Source: Vitrella brassicaformis CCMP3155 (taxonomy: Eukaryota; Protista; Chromerida). From it: a stretch of 64,000 nt of DNA. Where the stretch lies: contig CDMY01000520.1 of assembly GCA_001179505.1 (NCBI GenBank), positions 186,001 through 250,000 on the forward strand, read 5' to 3'. A program made the translations under genes and the position numbers. Below the pieces are notes generated by a model, which saw only the letters and a list, made by a program, of their open reading frames with translations, was not told the origin of the DNA and did no database searches. Of the stretch, positions 36,853-50,284 are shown piece after piece (position 1 is the stretch's first letter; the number at the start of each line of letters is the position of its first letter).

Positions 36853-37577
36853 ATTGGAGATCGATCTGCCTGCCGTGATGCAGTGAAAAATGTGTGTATG
36901 GAGGGGTGGGTGAGTGGGTTGGTGGGAGGGCTGGCAAGTCTTTCAAACGCGACACAGTTTTCTGTCCCACGCGGTCGTGCAGGCATCGCACCATCGATGT
37001 CTTCGTTCCGTGTCCTTTTATGCATGCCATTGTTGCCACACCGTTTTTGTCGGTCTGGACACTGACTGCATTGCATTGCCTATACCGCACCTCACCGCTT
37101 GCTTCCACCCACTACTCCTGTCTGTCTGTCTATTGACACACATACATAACAAGGAGGGAGGGAGGTGTGGAGAGGAGTTTATGTGTCCATCCATCTATTC
37201 ATAAGCTATGCATAGTGTATAATTGGGTGTCACACTTGTGTGTTCGTGTGCAGTGGGTGCTGGAAGGGGTGTCTCGGTTGGGGGATGGTATGGGTGAGGG
37301 TGCATGCGCCACTCTGCCCGTGTGTGTGTGTTTGAATCGCATTTGAGCATGCACGTGAAGTGAAAGACAGTGCCGATCGATGAGCCTCTCAAGTGCAATT
37401 GAGTGATTGATGACGACACAATCCGTGCATATCGCAACCGTTGATCCAAACCATTGCCATGCCAGCCACAAAGGAAGGGCATGTCAACACACACACATCA
37501 CAGCGACAGCTATCTACAAAACCTCAAGGCCCGACGGCAGCACTTTGGCAATGCCGTCTGGAAAAAGCCGGCCCTCA

Positions 37578-39594
37578 TCACTCCTCGAAGGCCTTTTCAA
37601 ATGCGGCGGACGTGTTGCCCTCGGTGACGCGTGACACAGGGATAGTGAGCGGCAGATTATTGTCGACGATGTACTGGTTGGCGTACTGAAACGCCTTGGC
37701 ACGTTCGTCCCTGCACCAAGCGCACGATGGAATGGAGAGACACACAGACAGACAGACAGACAGACGGATGCCATCACCGTCTCGAGATCCATCGTGCGTG
37801 TGCCTGTCTGTCTGTCTGTCTGTCTGTATGTGTGTGTCGTGTGGATGTGTGAGCCAGTGCGTACCTGCTGGCGCCATTGCCGATCCACACGAACAGGCTG
37901 ACGCCTCCATTGTCGACCAGGAAGGTGTCCGCAGTGTCCAAATCAGACTTGGAGATCTTGCCGCTCGACACCACCTGCCAAACAAATCACACCACACCAC
38001 ACCACATTCAGTGGGCACACCAAGCCAGACACACAGGCGAGCGGTGACATACGGTCATGGTCAGCGTGCCGCTGGCGTCACTCAGGCGCAGCATCCTCTT
38101 GGGGCTCGTCAAGACTTCCGAGTCGGCACCACCTGACACATTTGGCTCGGAGAGAATGCTTGAGCGCAAATGCGTGTGCGCGCGTGTGTGAGTTGTGTGT
38201 GTGTGTGGCGCCTACCTTCGTCAGCGGCCTTGACAGGGCCCATCCCGCCGAGCAGGTCCCAGAACTCGGGACAAGACTCCTGGCCGTCAAGCACTTGAAA
38301 CCTGGGACGCCCCTGCCGGTCTGCACGAATGGCCGTCGCCACCTGGTTAGACAAAACCAGGCACAAGTAGGTGGCTCTGCATTCAATTCATGCTTGAAGT
38401 GAGATCCCACCCACCTCGTTGCCCTTCCGCTTCTCAAACACGCCAGCAGCGGTGCCGTTCCACTGGTAAAGCGACAGGCCGGCGTCCAAAACGTACCTAA
38501 AAGATGAGATAAACGGACGGACGCAGATCCACGGCGAGTGAGTAAGTGTGTCCGTGTGGTGGAATGGGGTGGGGTGCGTGCGTACACGTCTCCGTCGTTG
38601 ATCGAGTCGCGGGTGAGAGGGACCTGCCGCACACGCATCGCCTTTCGCTGACCCTTCACGTGCAACAGACGCGGCTGCAGACAGACAGACAGACATCAAC
38701 GAAACACATACAGACAGGACGAGTACGCCCGACGGCCGCCCACGCACCCACCTTGTAAGCAGTGGGCTCCACCTTGGTGAATCCCGATTCCACACCGCCG
38801 CTCATGACCATCATCGACGGCTGGAACAGGTCGAGGAACTCGTCCGTCTCGTGGTCCTGCACCTGAACATACACAATGCGAGCCGAGTGTTGTGTGTGGA
38901 TGATGGCGACAGACAACGGACCTGACGGAACTGCACGGGCAGCTGGCCGAGGCGGTCGTCAAGTTCCACCGTCTTGTACGCCGCCACTGGAAGAAGCATG
39001 TCATAAATCAGATATATACAAGACAGCAGTCGAGTGCATGTGTCTGTCTGCGTGGCATCCGTCAATCGACACGCACCGGCGGCTTCGTCCTGCGAGGCGC
39101 CCACGCCGATCCAGAAGTGAACGTTGTACAGCATCTTGTCCCCACCTGCCAGCAGCAGGAGTGCGATCGATGTGTGTGCTGTGCCACGACGCTGTGTATA
39201 CCTTTCTTTTTGTATGAGTGCAGGACGATGTAAGCGTCCCCGTCAAAGAAGCTGCCGTACTGCTCTCTGGGCCAGCGGACGATCTTGAGCTTCTCCACAC
39301 GCCAGATCTCGACGCCCTCCTTCTCGCCTGCAGCACCGCACCATGCGGTCGGTCTCACACATAGAGAGGAGGCCTCTCTCTCTGTGTGAACGAATGCATG
39401 TGTGTATGTGACACATACGCACCTGCGCCATCGAAGGCGGGTTCTGCTTCTGCAGATGCCTTGCGGACCTCGAGCGCCAGATCACTGCACACATGCAACA
39501 TCATTCAGCGATAAAACGAGGCAGATAGACTCATTTCAGTCGCCCACGAGGAGAGCAGGGCAATATTGGAGTCCTCGAGCCTGGCTTGCGGCAT
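37578..39594 (-). CDS. Severin/fragmin-type three-domain gelsolin (actin-severing protein)
   Basis: MPQARLEDSNIALL, GVEIWRVEK, YGSFFDGDAYIVL, HFWIG..SQDE..VAAYKTVELDD, VQDHETDEFL, GGVESGF, PRLLHVKG, SINDGDVYVLD, YQWNG, FWDLLGG, DLDTADTFLVD, FVWIGNGAS; ends AFEKAFEE*. Confidence 0.94.
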
Positions 39595-39855
39595 GCTTTC
39601 GGGCGGCGGCGGGGATGTCACTCGTCAAGTGGTCCACACACAAGTACAGCACAGCAGCTGTGATCCCAATGCACGTGAGCAGAGATGCTGCAGATCTGCG
39701 ACACTCACACAGCAGCACAGCACAGGCCATTCATGATCACTAATTCATCCTATCATCCATCCATTTCCTGTGTCCCTATCACTCTCACCGATGGCAATCT
39801 TTGCCTTCCCCTTCCCTCGCCTCTGCATGGACGCACACGCAGAGATAACGAGAGA

Positions 39856-42800
39856 ATGTCATCGTGTCTGGCGTCGTATGCACTGGTGACGGTCACTCAC
39901 CAGCTTCATAGCGTCATTTCTTCTGCAGATCTCGGCAGATGCTGCGGGATCTTGCGGTACCCTTGCGAGCTTCGGGGGCTGGGGGGGGCTGCGTCTTCTG
40001 TGGTTGGATTCATCGCGTGGAGAGTTGAAGACACAGATATGGCGCGTCTGCCCGAAGTAGATAGCTGTGCTGACCAAGCACGACAGTGTAAGCGGAGAGA
40101 TCTGACGATCAATATGTGTGCGTGACCTTCTTCCTGTGTACAGGTTTGAAAGAAGTGTACGCTCATGGAAGGGAGCCGTCGGAGTGGCCTGATCCGCCAT
40201 CCTGCACCTGTCCATACACGGCACTTCTGTTCGCTCAGGCGGCCTTCGCACTGTAGGTTTCTCCAGGAGGCTGGACGTTTCTCATCCGTGTATTGTTGTT
40301 CAGAGGGCTGACGCGGCTTGATTTCGGCTATTTTGATCGTGCCCGGGAGTATTGTAGCCGATGCCTGCACCTCGCAGAGCAGGTGGGCAAATGAATGGAT
40401 ACACACAGACACACTCACACACACCTCTCACACACGACACACGAACGGGGGTGTCCTCTACTTGTGGTGGGCATCTTCAGTGGGAGAAGACGGCCGCCAA
40501 ACACAAGGAGCAGCCAGCAACCGCCAAGCGCGTAAGAAAAGAAGAGGCCGAAGGTTGTGCTTATGTTGTGTGTGCGGCTGGTCAGGTGTTGGCCATGAGC
40601 AGACTATTGCTAGCTGAGGCGACTTTCATCCCTCTACTCATTGCGGCCCTCAAGACAGACTTTATCTTCGACGTCCAGAGGATGTCGTGTTAGGACAGGA
40701 TGTCGGACAGCCTTGCAGAGATGCCAAAGATGCTTCTTGTGTTCTCTGGTGCAGATGACTATTTAATGCCGCTGGTAAAGGAGATGGCCGCCAAGAAGAC
40801 CGGGGCAGGGCAGGTGCTGACAGACATCCAAGAAGCCCGCAGACACCTGCGCCGGAGCCGACCCCCTTCGCCAGCAAAAAGCAGGTACGAAGGAGATCGA
40901 ATGCGCCAGACAAGGATGCAGGGAACGAACAGCCCGTCTGCTGTCCGCCTGTCTGCCTGTCTGTCTGTCTGTCTGTCTGTTTGTGTGTCTGTCTGTCTGT
41001 GTCAGCGTTCCCGTGCCAGCTCAGCGCTCGGCCGCGTGGCAGCGGATGGAGGCTGACCTGACAAACAGCGCCCTTTTCACAGAAGGTCAGTTTGGACTTC
41101 GATGGCCACAAATTGTCCACGGGAACAACAGTGGTTCTCCTCTCTCCTTTCCTCAGGTTTCCTTCTCTGCTTGGTCGGAATCATCCAGATGGTCACCGAC
41201 CGCAACACCAGCAGCAGCACCGGCGACACTGCCCACACTGAGCCGCGGACGAGCGGCAAATCGGCGTCAGCTGCGGCCACCGCCAGCAGCTATGGAGCGA
41301 GATCGAGTGGGAGAGGGGCCACCACCACCACCACCACCACCTCACCATTCTCCGCAGCATTGGCAGGATTGGTGGACTTGGGCGCAAGATTGGCAGATTG
41401 GGGGATACGAATGGCACTGTCGACAAAGCTGTCGGTGCCGGCCGACCCACAAAGGGGGTGCAGTCTGCTGCGACAGGTGAGAGGATGTCACGTGGGTGGT
41501 CGTCTCGCCACTGATGCCCCTTCTCCTTTTTGCTCAGGCGAGTGACGGTCTTAGCAACGACAGTCCGCACCGCCATTTGGGGGTTGGGCCGGTGGTCGCG
41601 CATTATGTTGAGAGCCGCAAATTGTGCAGAGATGAGGACGTGCTGGTCAGCTGGACGCACTCGTAGTCAGTCAAGACACATCCATTTGACCTGATGTCTG
41701 CTGCGTATATGTATATGGTTGCTGCAGGCAAGGCTCCCGCCGCTCATCAGAGCCTACCTCCGCTTTGACAACGCGTGAGTGGAGGGGCGCTCGATCATCA
41801 CTCATCATAAAACCTTGTTGTCTGTATGCAGTGACCGCAAGCACGACTATCAACAGGCCGTCGACATCATGACCTCTGAAGTGCGCAGGTACGCAGGAGC
41901 AAGTGGATGAATGCGGTGCTACTGCCTGCTGTCGCGTCTTCATTTTGGTGTCGTTCAGCGAGTCGATGTGGGCCGGTGCCAGCAGGGACCGAGGAGATCT
42001 GCTGCCACAGCTGAGGCGGTACAAGGCACGCCGTCTTGCATGGCCCTTCTTCGTGATGCGGCGATATGAGGACGTGCGGGCCATTGTCGGACCAGGAAAG
42101 AGAGAATGAGAAAACCAGCAGGAACAGACTATACATACCTACGTTACATTATTTTTGTGTTGGTTGCAGCGTCCTTCCCGTCGCTAGCCGATGCCGGAGA
42201 GGCGCCGCTCGCATACATCGCATCGTTGCTGGCCGGGCGTGTCGATGAGGCCATGCGGAGAGCCTACCTGCTGCATGTGGTCAGCCTTTCCGCCGGCAGT
42301 GTCGCTGTCTCTTCTCATCGTTTCTCCTTGCTGCGTTATCCCAGAAATCGGCGGAAAGCGAGTCAAGCGACACCAGCAGTCCGTGGGAGGCAGCCATGTT
42401 GAAGCGGCTTGGTCAAAAGCGCACGTAAGACCATCGGATGATAGACAACCAACACCTTCGTGCTGCTCAATTTGTGTGTGTGTGTGTGTGTGCATGCAGG
42501 CCTCGAGATGCAATGCTGGCATATATGCAAGTGTTATATCATCGCGATGCGTTGGAATTCATCAGCGAGGACAAGGATGTCGAGTTTCTGGCAGAGGTAA
42601 AGCGTTTTCCTGCAGGCAACCAAGCACTCACGTTCGTCTCTGATTAACCCTTTGTGTTTGTATCAGGCGGAGGAGTCACTGGCCGGATCAGAACACGTCA
42701 ACCAGTGGGCCGTGGCGACACTGCTCGTAGGTCAGCTCGCCATGAAGCCGCTGCATATCTACCGACGCTTTGTCTGTTCGATCAGTGGCCGTGAGGGCCA

Positions 42801-43490
42801 ACCGTTTCCAGACGACTGAGGCAGACGACTTCACCCGCCGACAACACAGAGCCTGTCAGGAGTACGCCCTCATTCGGATCTTGAGTCGGCAACAGTCAAT
42901 CGAGGTACAGGCACACACACACACACACACATAGAGAGAGAGAGAGCTCTGCGGCCGGCATACGTGTGCCTCTGAGTGTGTACGTGTGCTTCATGGCATC
43001 GTGTGTCTATGAATGTGTGTCTTCAGGTCGATTGGGTCGTCCCGCACGCATGGCGGTGCTTTGCCATCCACTACTATGCCTACTTCAAAGACATCCGCCT
43101 TTGTCGACGCACACTGGGCGCCGCCAAGCAGTAATGTGGATGAAATGAATTAGCCAGTAGTCATGTATGCTCATCGATCAGTTTGTGTGAAGGGAGGCGG
43201 CTACAATCCGGTGTCCGAAGCTGCGGGCTCGGTTTGAAGACTGGATATCTGGGCGTGAGACAGATGTCATGTCTTCCCACACAATATCGATGATACAGTT
43301 TTTGTGTTTCTTTGCAGTGGCGGCCAAAGTCGGCCAGCCCATCCTCCCACCCCGTCTGGCGCAGTCATCGTGGTGGGACAGGTTGTCCGAGTACATCGCC
43401 AAGTTCAACAACGAACTGCAGTTAGAGGCTGCATCCCTGGGCCTCGATGCCGCTGACGACCGGCTGGCATGCTTGTCGCTGAGAAACTGA
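39856..43490 (+). CDS. Hypothetical multi-exon helical protein with a TPR-like segment; exon structure uncertain, possibly more than one gene
   Basis: AG/GT-bounded blocks such as GLTRLDFGYFDRAREYCSRCLHLAEQ (TPR-like), VLAMSRLLLAEATFIPLLIAALK, DYLMPLVKEMAAKK, GRVDEAMRRAYLLHVV, RDAMLAYMQVLYHRDALEFISEDKDVEFLAE, final SWWDRLSEYIAKFNNELQLEAA..RN*. Intron microsatellites have plus-strand polarity. Confidence 0.5.
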
Positions 43491-43624
43491 GAGCCACCTG
43501 GCTGGACAGATCTAGACTGTATGTGTGTGTATGTGGTTGCCACTTAGCACTCAAATATTAATGACCCCACTGCCCTTGTATCATGCAGAACGTTAACATG
43601 CACCGTGGGTCATAATTCTTAGCC

Positions 43625-43680
43625 GTACAAAGGTCACAAGGTCACAAAAATGCAGTACAAAGGTCACAAGGCTCACGAAA
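43625..43680 (+). repeat. Imperfect ~30-bp tandem repeat built from AAGGTCAC units
   Basis: GTACAAAGGTCACAAGGTCACAAAAATGCA followed by GTACAAAGGTCACAAGGCTCACGAAA. Confidence 0.85.
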
Positions 43681-45204
43681 ATTCGAGCAATTCGATACGC
43701 TTGTCTCGCCCGGCCGATCCTTGCTGTGTCCAAGTGTGCGAGTGTCCTCGCAGCTCAGACATGTGTCCCGCGGCCTTAAACGATCCACACGCGTCACCCG
43801 TGACTTAGATCTCACCTGATAGGCACATATGCAGGTTGACTACGTGCCGAACATATTTGAGTGCTTTTTCCTGGTCCTTACCGAGTGGGGGTCGCGTAGG
43901 CTTTGATTCTCAATGAAAACGCAGTCATGTCTCTGGCAATCCCGTACTGATCCAGAGACATGATGGTCGCAATCGCTTGCTGTGTGGTTGGTGCTTGGGC
44001 ACCTGGTGCGTGCGAGGTACATGTTGGTGGGGCGGCGACGGCTGCGATTGTTGGCGGCGCGGCTGGGGGAGGGCGTCACGTGGTTGCGTCTGCGGCGAGT
44101 CTCTCGATGCCCAAAGTCGTGCTCTATCGAGGTTTTTGTGCTGGTTGTACTGTTGTCCGTTGAGCCGCCTGCAGGTCAACGTTTCCTGCACACAAAGAAA
44201 GGAACGATTGATCTCTGGCAGCCACACACTCATGTCTGACACGTGTGTCATATGTGCGGCAAGAGACTCATCGTACTCGGTCGGCATTCGGCAGCAACGT
44301 GTCATCCTGACACACACAGCGACACATACACTGATGAAGGGAAATGTCTAGCAGAGGCATTCTACCTTTCATCGCCATCCGTTGGGTGTTTGGTGTTTGT
44401 TGCCAGTCGGTCGGTCGGTCGGTGAGTCCGTCCGTCCTCTGAAACACACATGCGAGGACACAAACATACAACAACAATCGACGCGTCAAAAGCCTGCTAT
44501 GCTTGCGGTCTGCTTAATTGTTTACGAGATGGATGAAGGCAAAGAATGCGACTTGGACATGGCTGGCCAGTGGAGCCACGCGAAGAAAAAGACACCCACC
44601 GCGACAAAGCAAGGAAGAACGGCCAGAGAAAGACAGCAGCCAACCGGATAAGTAAGTAAGAAAGGAAGAAAGGAAGAGACGAAGACAGGGAGGCGCTGAC
44701 AGCAAGAGAGCCCCAGCAAGAAGAAGAGACAGACAAGAAGGCAGTTGTCTCCACGTACAACATCACTGGACCATCAGAGAAACAGGGACGCCACACACGA
44801 GAACGAGCGGCGATGCTGCCCACACACGTCGCTGCCTAACAGAGCAATGAGGCATATCAATGCGACACGTGGTCTTTGCTCGCCACTCACCTCGACAGCG
44901 GAGCAAGACAGCAGGCCACCAAAAAGGGAAAGTGCGAAGGAAACATAGAAAGAACGAGACACACATAGGGAGGCGAGCACTTGCAGCAAGAAAGCGATAC
45001 CAAAACACAAGACAAACAGGTGCCTCCGGGAAACTAACGAGAAGAACACAGGGAGGTGGTGACAGTACGAAAAGCCCTAGGAAGGGAAAAACAATCAAGC
45101 ACAGAAAAACAAGAACGCCACACACGAGCGGGCGCGGCCACACACGGGTGGCCAAAAATAGCCCTTTGCTGCCCAACAAGTACCCCACAGCAAGAAGACC
45201 GTCC

Positions 45205-48200
45205 TCATCGCTCCTCACTCACCCTTCGCCTCCCCGCATCGATTCTCTCCTCCCATCCATGCTGCGGTCGAGGGGCCGACACGCGCTCCTCCTGGCCGTT
45301 GGTTGGCGGCGGTGCAGGCCAACAGCAGCCCACTGATGTGCGAGGGTGCCCAAGCAGGCGGGGCGTGGAGGCTCCCGAAGCCGAGGGGCTGTCGAGTGGC
45401 GTGCTGGCATACAGCAGCGGTGATGAGGATGATGAGGACACGGGGGTCGAGGGAAGAGGTGGGGTGATAGTTGGCCATGGATCTCTCGTGACACCGACCT
45501 CTGCAATTCACACACGTACGCACAAGCAGGGAGAGACACATGCAGTACTTGGATTGTGAGTCCTTACGCACCTTCAGAGCAATCCGAAGCCAGCTCCTCC
45601 ACCTTTTTGCGGCCTACGTAGGTTCGCATCCGCTCTGACAGAAACGGCATAGCCACCCCCGCGCACGAACGTCGTCATTGCGCATCATCCGTGCATGCAC
45701 ACACGCACCTGTCATGAGTTTTGCGAGTCGATGCGCCTCTCCCTCATCAAGTTCCGGGTTCGAAGCCAGCCTCTCCTCTAAGCACATGCCAGCAAACGCC
45801 ATGCACAAGGACTGCATGAGAGTCAATATGATGAGACGCTGCGTCTGGATACTTGCGCGCGTACCCAGCTTCTTTTGCTGCCGCTCCTCTCGCTCCACCC
45901 TCTCGTGCCGCTCGAGTTGGTCCTGAGAGGCCTGCGTCCGGATTATTGAAGGGGTCCCATGGCATCCCAGTACAAGGATGCACCAGCAGCTTCCCTTGGG
46001 GAATGATGATCTTCCCGGGGTATCTCCGTCTCAACTCATCGTCCGATAGGATGTCGGGGTTGATCGGGGCCCTTCCAGCCCCCGTGTCGGCAGCCGATGC
46101 AGACCACGGTCAAAACGCCACTCGGATGACGCTGGGGTTGCTGGCAGGTCGCTTGCCGGTTGTTGAGCTGCTGATGAGGACTGAAGGGCGGCATTCGTCG
46201 CCAGATGTCCCCCGCTCTCTTCTTTTTCCATCAGTGACAACATAATGGTACCGAAACCACCGTGCGCGAAACTCTTAAATTCCTCTATCCTACTGTCCGG
46301 AGTCTCACCTGAAGCCCCCACAGGCCCCCATTCCGAGCTCGCAGATCCTGCATACATGGCGCACAGGAACATACGTGCATTCGCGAGATCATCATCATTC
46401 ATTGATCCCCACACATCATCATTCATCCATCCATCCAAGGACACAGACAACCAACACGTACGCCTCGTCGGTTGTCTGTGTCTATCGTCAAGATGAATTC
46501 TCAATCAGTCAGTGTCGGCACGCAGTGGGCAGAGCTACACAGAAAGACACAGAGAGAGAGCTGGTATGGTGTGTGTCGTGTGTGTCTCGTGTCAGTCTGG
46601 CAGGCGACTGAGACACAACTGCCTCTCTCTCTCTTGCTGCTGCCTGGCATGCCTGACTATCCATTGTGTCATGTGGTCTACTGCGGTGTGTCCATGATGC
46701 TATCCTGCCTCTCTTCCTCGCTGTCGGTGTCCTTGCTGCTGTCGCTTGTCTGTCGGTGGTTGGCCATGCGTGGGCGCTTGTTGCTCGGGCGGGGCATCAC
46801 CACCAAAGTGACATACACAGACAGACGGACAGACAGACAGGGGTTAGCTTGTGTGGTGTCTTTCGCCTGTTGGTCGTCGAAAGAGTTTGATGCCCTCATC
46901 GATTAATGAGTCCTGGTCTTGCTGTGCATCATCTGATGGGTGGCTGGTGCTGTGGGGCCCTGTGGCTGTTGCCGTTTCTCCGCCGACAGTGTCAGCCGGC
47001 TCTCCTCAGCAGCACTCAATATCACAACCTACACGAGCACACACGACACACATCAGACACATGCCTTTCGCCTCCCTCTGTCTGTCTGTCTGTCTGTCTG
47101 TCTGACTGTCTATCAGTCTGTGTGTCTATGTGTCTCGACCAGTCCGAGAGGCCGCGGCGTCCACCGTATCTTCTCGATCAGGTCGACGTAGAGCGCCGGC
47201 AGCTGTTTGTCTCGCCAGTCGCCGCCACCGGTGCACATGCCGCCATTTGTCTCGCCGTCCCTGCGGCCCAGCAGACGAACCGGCACTGAAGACGGCGACA
47301 AAATGTCATCCGTGACAGAGACACACAGAGAGACACACACGTGAAGAAAGAGATGTCTCTGTCTGCCTCGTCTGTGTCTCTCCGTTCCTTCGCTCTGTCT
47401 GTCTGTCTGTCTGTCTGTCTGCCCTGTACCTGCACCACACAGTGCGTAGACGCACCTTGAAATGCACCACATGCGACACCGAGGGGGCCTTCTGTGGTGC
47501 AGGTGTGGGCGATAGATCTGCCACCGCCTCGCTGAATGTGCGGCTGCATAAATGTTTGAGTGAATGTGTGAACGGCGAATAAGTCCATAGAGATACAGAC
47601 AGAGAGTCTGACGAACGAGTGCGACCACCGGCACACACTCACAGCAGCACGCAGGTAGCCGGTAGCCCGTGTCCATGTGTATATCTGATATACAGCAGGC
47701 TGCACAAATGAAGGCTGGAAGCAGTCGCCGCCCCAAAAAAGCTGCGGCACTACCATAAGTCATCCAATCAGTCATACTCACACCCGAATACATCAAGTCC
47801 CAAAGGTCAGCTCTACACACCGTTCTCGCCTTCCTCTCCCTCCTCAGAGACTCCCCACGAATTCAGGATGAGATCCTCTGCCATCTGGCTGACCTCGGCA
47901 TAGAACGCTCCCAATCGTGCACGAATCCGTTCCTCATTGATTCGTGCACGCTCCGCCTCGTCCCTTCTAACGGGTGAGGGCGGGAGACGATCATATTCAA
48001 ACTCGCTGCCGGTGTCGGGGTTGATCACGGCCCTCTCAGCCCCTTCTCGACGTCTCGGCAGCCCATGCAGACCATGGTCAAAAGGCCACTTAGATGAGTC
48101 AGACGCTGGCGCCATGGAACGGGGCGGGGACGGGAGCTGCAGAGGGGTTGGCCGCAAGTCGGTTGCTGGTATCGGTTGTTGAGTGGCTGGCGCAGACAGG

Positions 48201-48748
48201 GGGCGAAGAGACAGCTCTTGGGGGGCATGTGTAGGCGGCTCATCCTCCGCCGGTGGCTTCGTCGGGTCGGACGACTCATCGTCCCAGTCGGCTCTGCGGC
48301 CAATGACATCTGGAAACATACACAAATACACGCATGTCTCCTTCATAACGTCATGAAAACGATTCAAGAGCCACACCAGTCATGAGTTTTGCGAGTGGCT
48401 GCGCCTGTCCCTCAGCAAGCTCCGGCTTCGAAGCCAGCCTCTCCTCTACGCAGACGACAAGACATACAGTGCAAGGACTGCATGGGATGCCGCGTGTGGA
48501 TCCATGCATGCATTCGTACCCAGCTTCTTTTGCTGCCTCCTTTCTCGGCGAAATTCTCGCTCCGCCCTTTGCCGGTTGACTTGCTCCTCAGGAGCGGTCC
48601 GATGCTTCGAACCGTCGAGGGGGCCCCAGAGCGTCCCAGTCACAGGATGGTGCAGTAGCTGCCGAGGTGGATGCTCGGCAGGAAGGGAGTGGGAGTCGCG
48701 TTTGTAAGGCTCCACTGGCAGCCGTCCAGTCTCTTGTCGTTCCGTCAT
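45205..48748 (-). CDS. Hypothetical protein (or two tandem paralogues) with an internal duplication; second copy apparently frameshifted
   Basis: Blocks HPxTGxxWxP, ExRQQKKLG, EERLASxPELxEGxAxxLAKLMT and WxFDxGLHxLP..INPD each occur twice (about 47990-48700 and 45710-46130). Start MTERQETG at 48748; last exon ends ..VSEER* at 45205. Confidence 0.5.
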
Positions 48749-48860
48749 CCCGAATAGACACGTGCGAAGCTTTTTCCGCGAACAGCTGTGAGACGCGAGG
48801 ACCCCCAAAGCCCCCTCCAGCTCGAGCGCGCAAGGCTGAACGCGCCCTCTGGGGAAGCAA

Positions 48861-50284
48861 ATGGGTAACATGGTGGTCGTTCGCAGCCGGCAGGATGGCT
48901 CTCCGGTGTTGAACAACCAATATATCGATTTCATACACGCCCTCGGCAGAGATGCGCTCCACACTCTTCCCGACGTCGGCAGCCTCAGATCTACGGCCAA
49001 CTTCCTCGCGCAAGTCGACTTCTCGGCTGCCGTCCTGCGCAATCGCCTGGGCCGCTGCCTGGCGGCCAAGGGACTGCACACCATCATCGCCTTCGACGCT
49101 CAGCTGGAGAGCCCTCTGCTGCTCAAGGCCATCTGGCTGGTGGACACGCAGCAGTGGACCGAGGTGGTCAGCGCGCTGAAGTTGGCGGTGCAGCTGGGCC
49201 GCTGCCACCTACCGGTCACCATCGCAGGGCAGGATCTACAAAGACACACCACCAAACAGGTGAATAGGACACAGGAGAACTGCGCAAGGAGCAATGGGTG
49301 AAGGTGTGTGTTTGTTGGTGCAGGCGTATCTGGCTGAGCCCCGTGTGGTTGCTTTCTGGAAGATGATCGGCAGACACGTCGAGTTCGGTGGAGACCTGGG
49401 TCGTTTTGAGCTGTTTGATGCGCCCGGAAGCCGCATGCATGCCATCAAGGACGAGCCGGGATACGAGCTGACTCTCCACCCCACCCTCCCAGGCGGCCAC
49501 CCATTTCAGGCGCACGTCCACAACGACAACCCGCCCATCGAGCACCGCATCGGCTTCACCACAGAGGGCGGCGGATGGGTGGCAGGCGGAGCGCGCGTCG
49601 AGGCCTCGGCCTTGTCATTCATCATGAACAAGATCCTCGACCCATCGAGAGAGGGCCTCGCGCAGTCGACCGACGCATGGGTGGACCGGTCAGTCATCTG
49701 ATCCATGGACGTGACGTTGGTACACATCCATCCCATTCTTCCCGCTGTGAGTGCGGATGTGTGTGTGCACAGGCGTGTTAATGGTAATCGGCTGGGCAAC
49801 ATGCTCGCGGTCTCGGTGCACAACCCACCCGAAAACGCCTACGCTGTGACGGCCTACACGCAAGAAGCCGCTGGGGCATACTCAGAAGTACGCGACCTCC
49901 TCATCACGGCGCTCGACAGCCCCATTGTGGCCTACGTCGAATTGGTCTCGCTCAACCCCCTGCTCCCAATGGGTGCGGTGCAACACGGGAAACGACAAAC
50001 AAGAGACTTTAAGGATGGGCTTTGCTGAATTGATGCTATCCGATGGTTTCGTGTGCAGTACAGGTGAGGGTCAGGACAAACGAGGCGGACGCCACGGCCC
50101 AGGACGCCCAGTAGAGGCGCACGCACGACCGACGGTGGATCACTGCTTAAGGTGAGTTTGGTGGCGGCCTTTTTGTGCACCGCTAATATGCCTGTGACTG
50201 CCATCTGCGTGTGTGTGTGTGTCACTTTATGTGTGAAGGTGTAGCTGGCAATGGTGCGAAACCAATTGGGCAATCTGCAGTTAA
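48861..50284 (+). CDS. Hypothetical protein, probably a lineage-specific family; 3' end uncertain (50112-50284)
   Basis: Clean coding exons MGNMVVVRSRQ..HTTKQ|AYLAEPRVVAFWKMIGRHVEFGGDLGRFELF..HPTLPGGHPF..|RVNGNRLGNMLAV..SLNPLLPM with GT-AG introns; no recognised domain. Confidence 0.7.

Noticed and set aside
39906-40424. Minus-strand 172-aa ORF
   Set aside because: It overlaps plus-strand exons with proper splice sites and a TPR-like sequence; intron repeat polarity supports the plus strand.
43625-43680. AGGTCA words as nuclear-receptor response elements
   Set aside because: Nuclear receptors are not expected in this lineage; retained only as a tandem repeat.
44763-45218. Hydrophobic 151-aa minus-strand ORF resembling a membrane protein
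   Set aside because: It arises from T/C-rich sequence just downstream of the stop at 45205, typical of 3' UTR; hydrophobicity is compositional.
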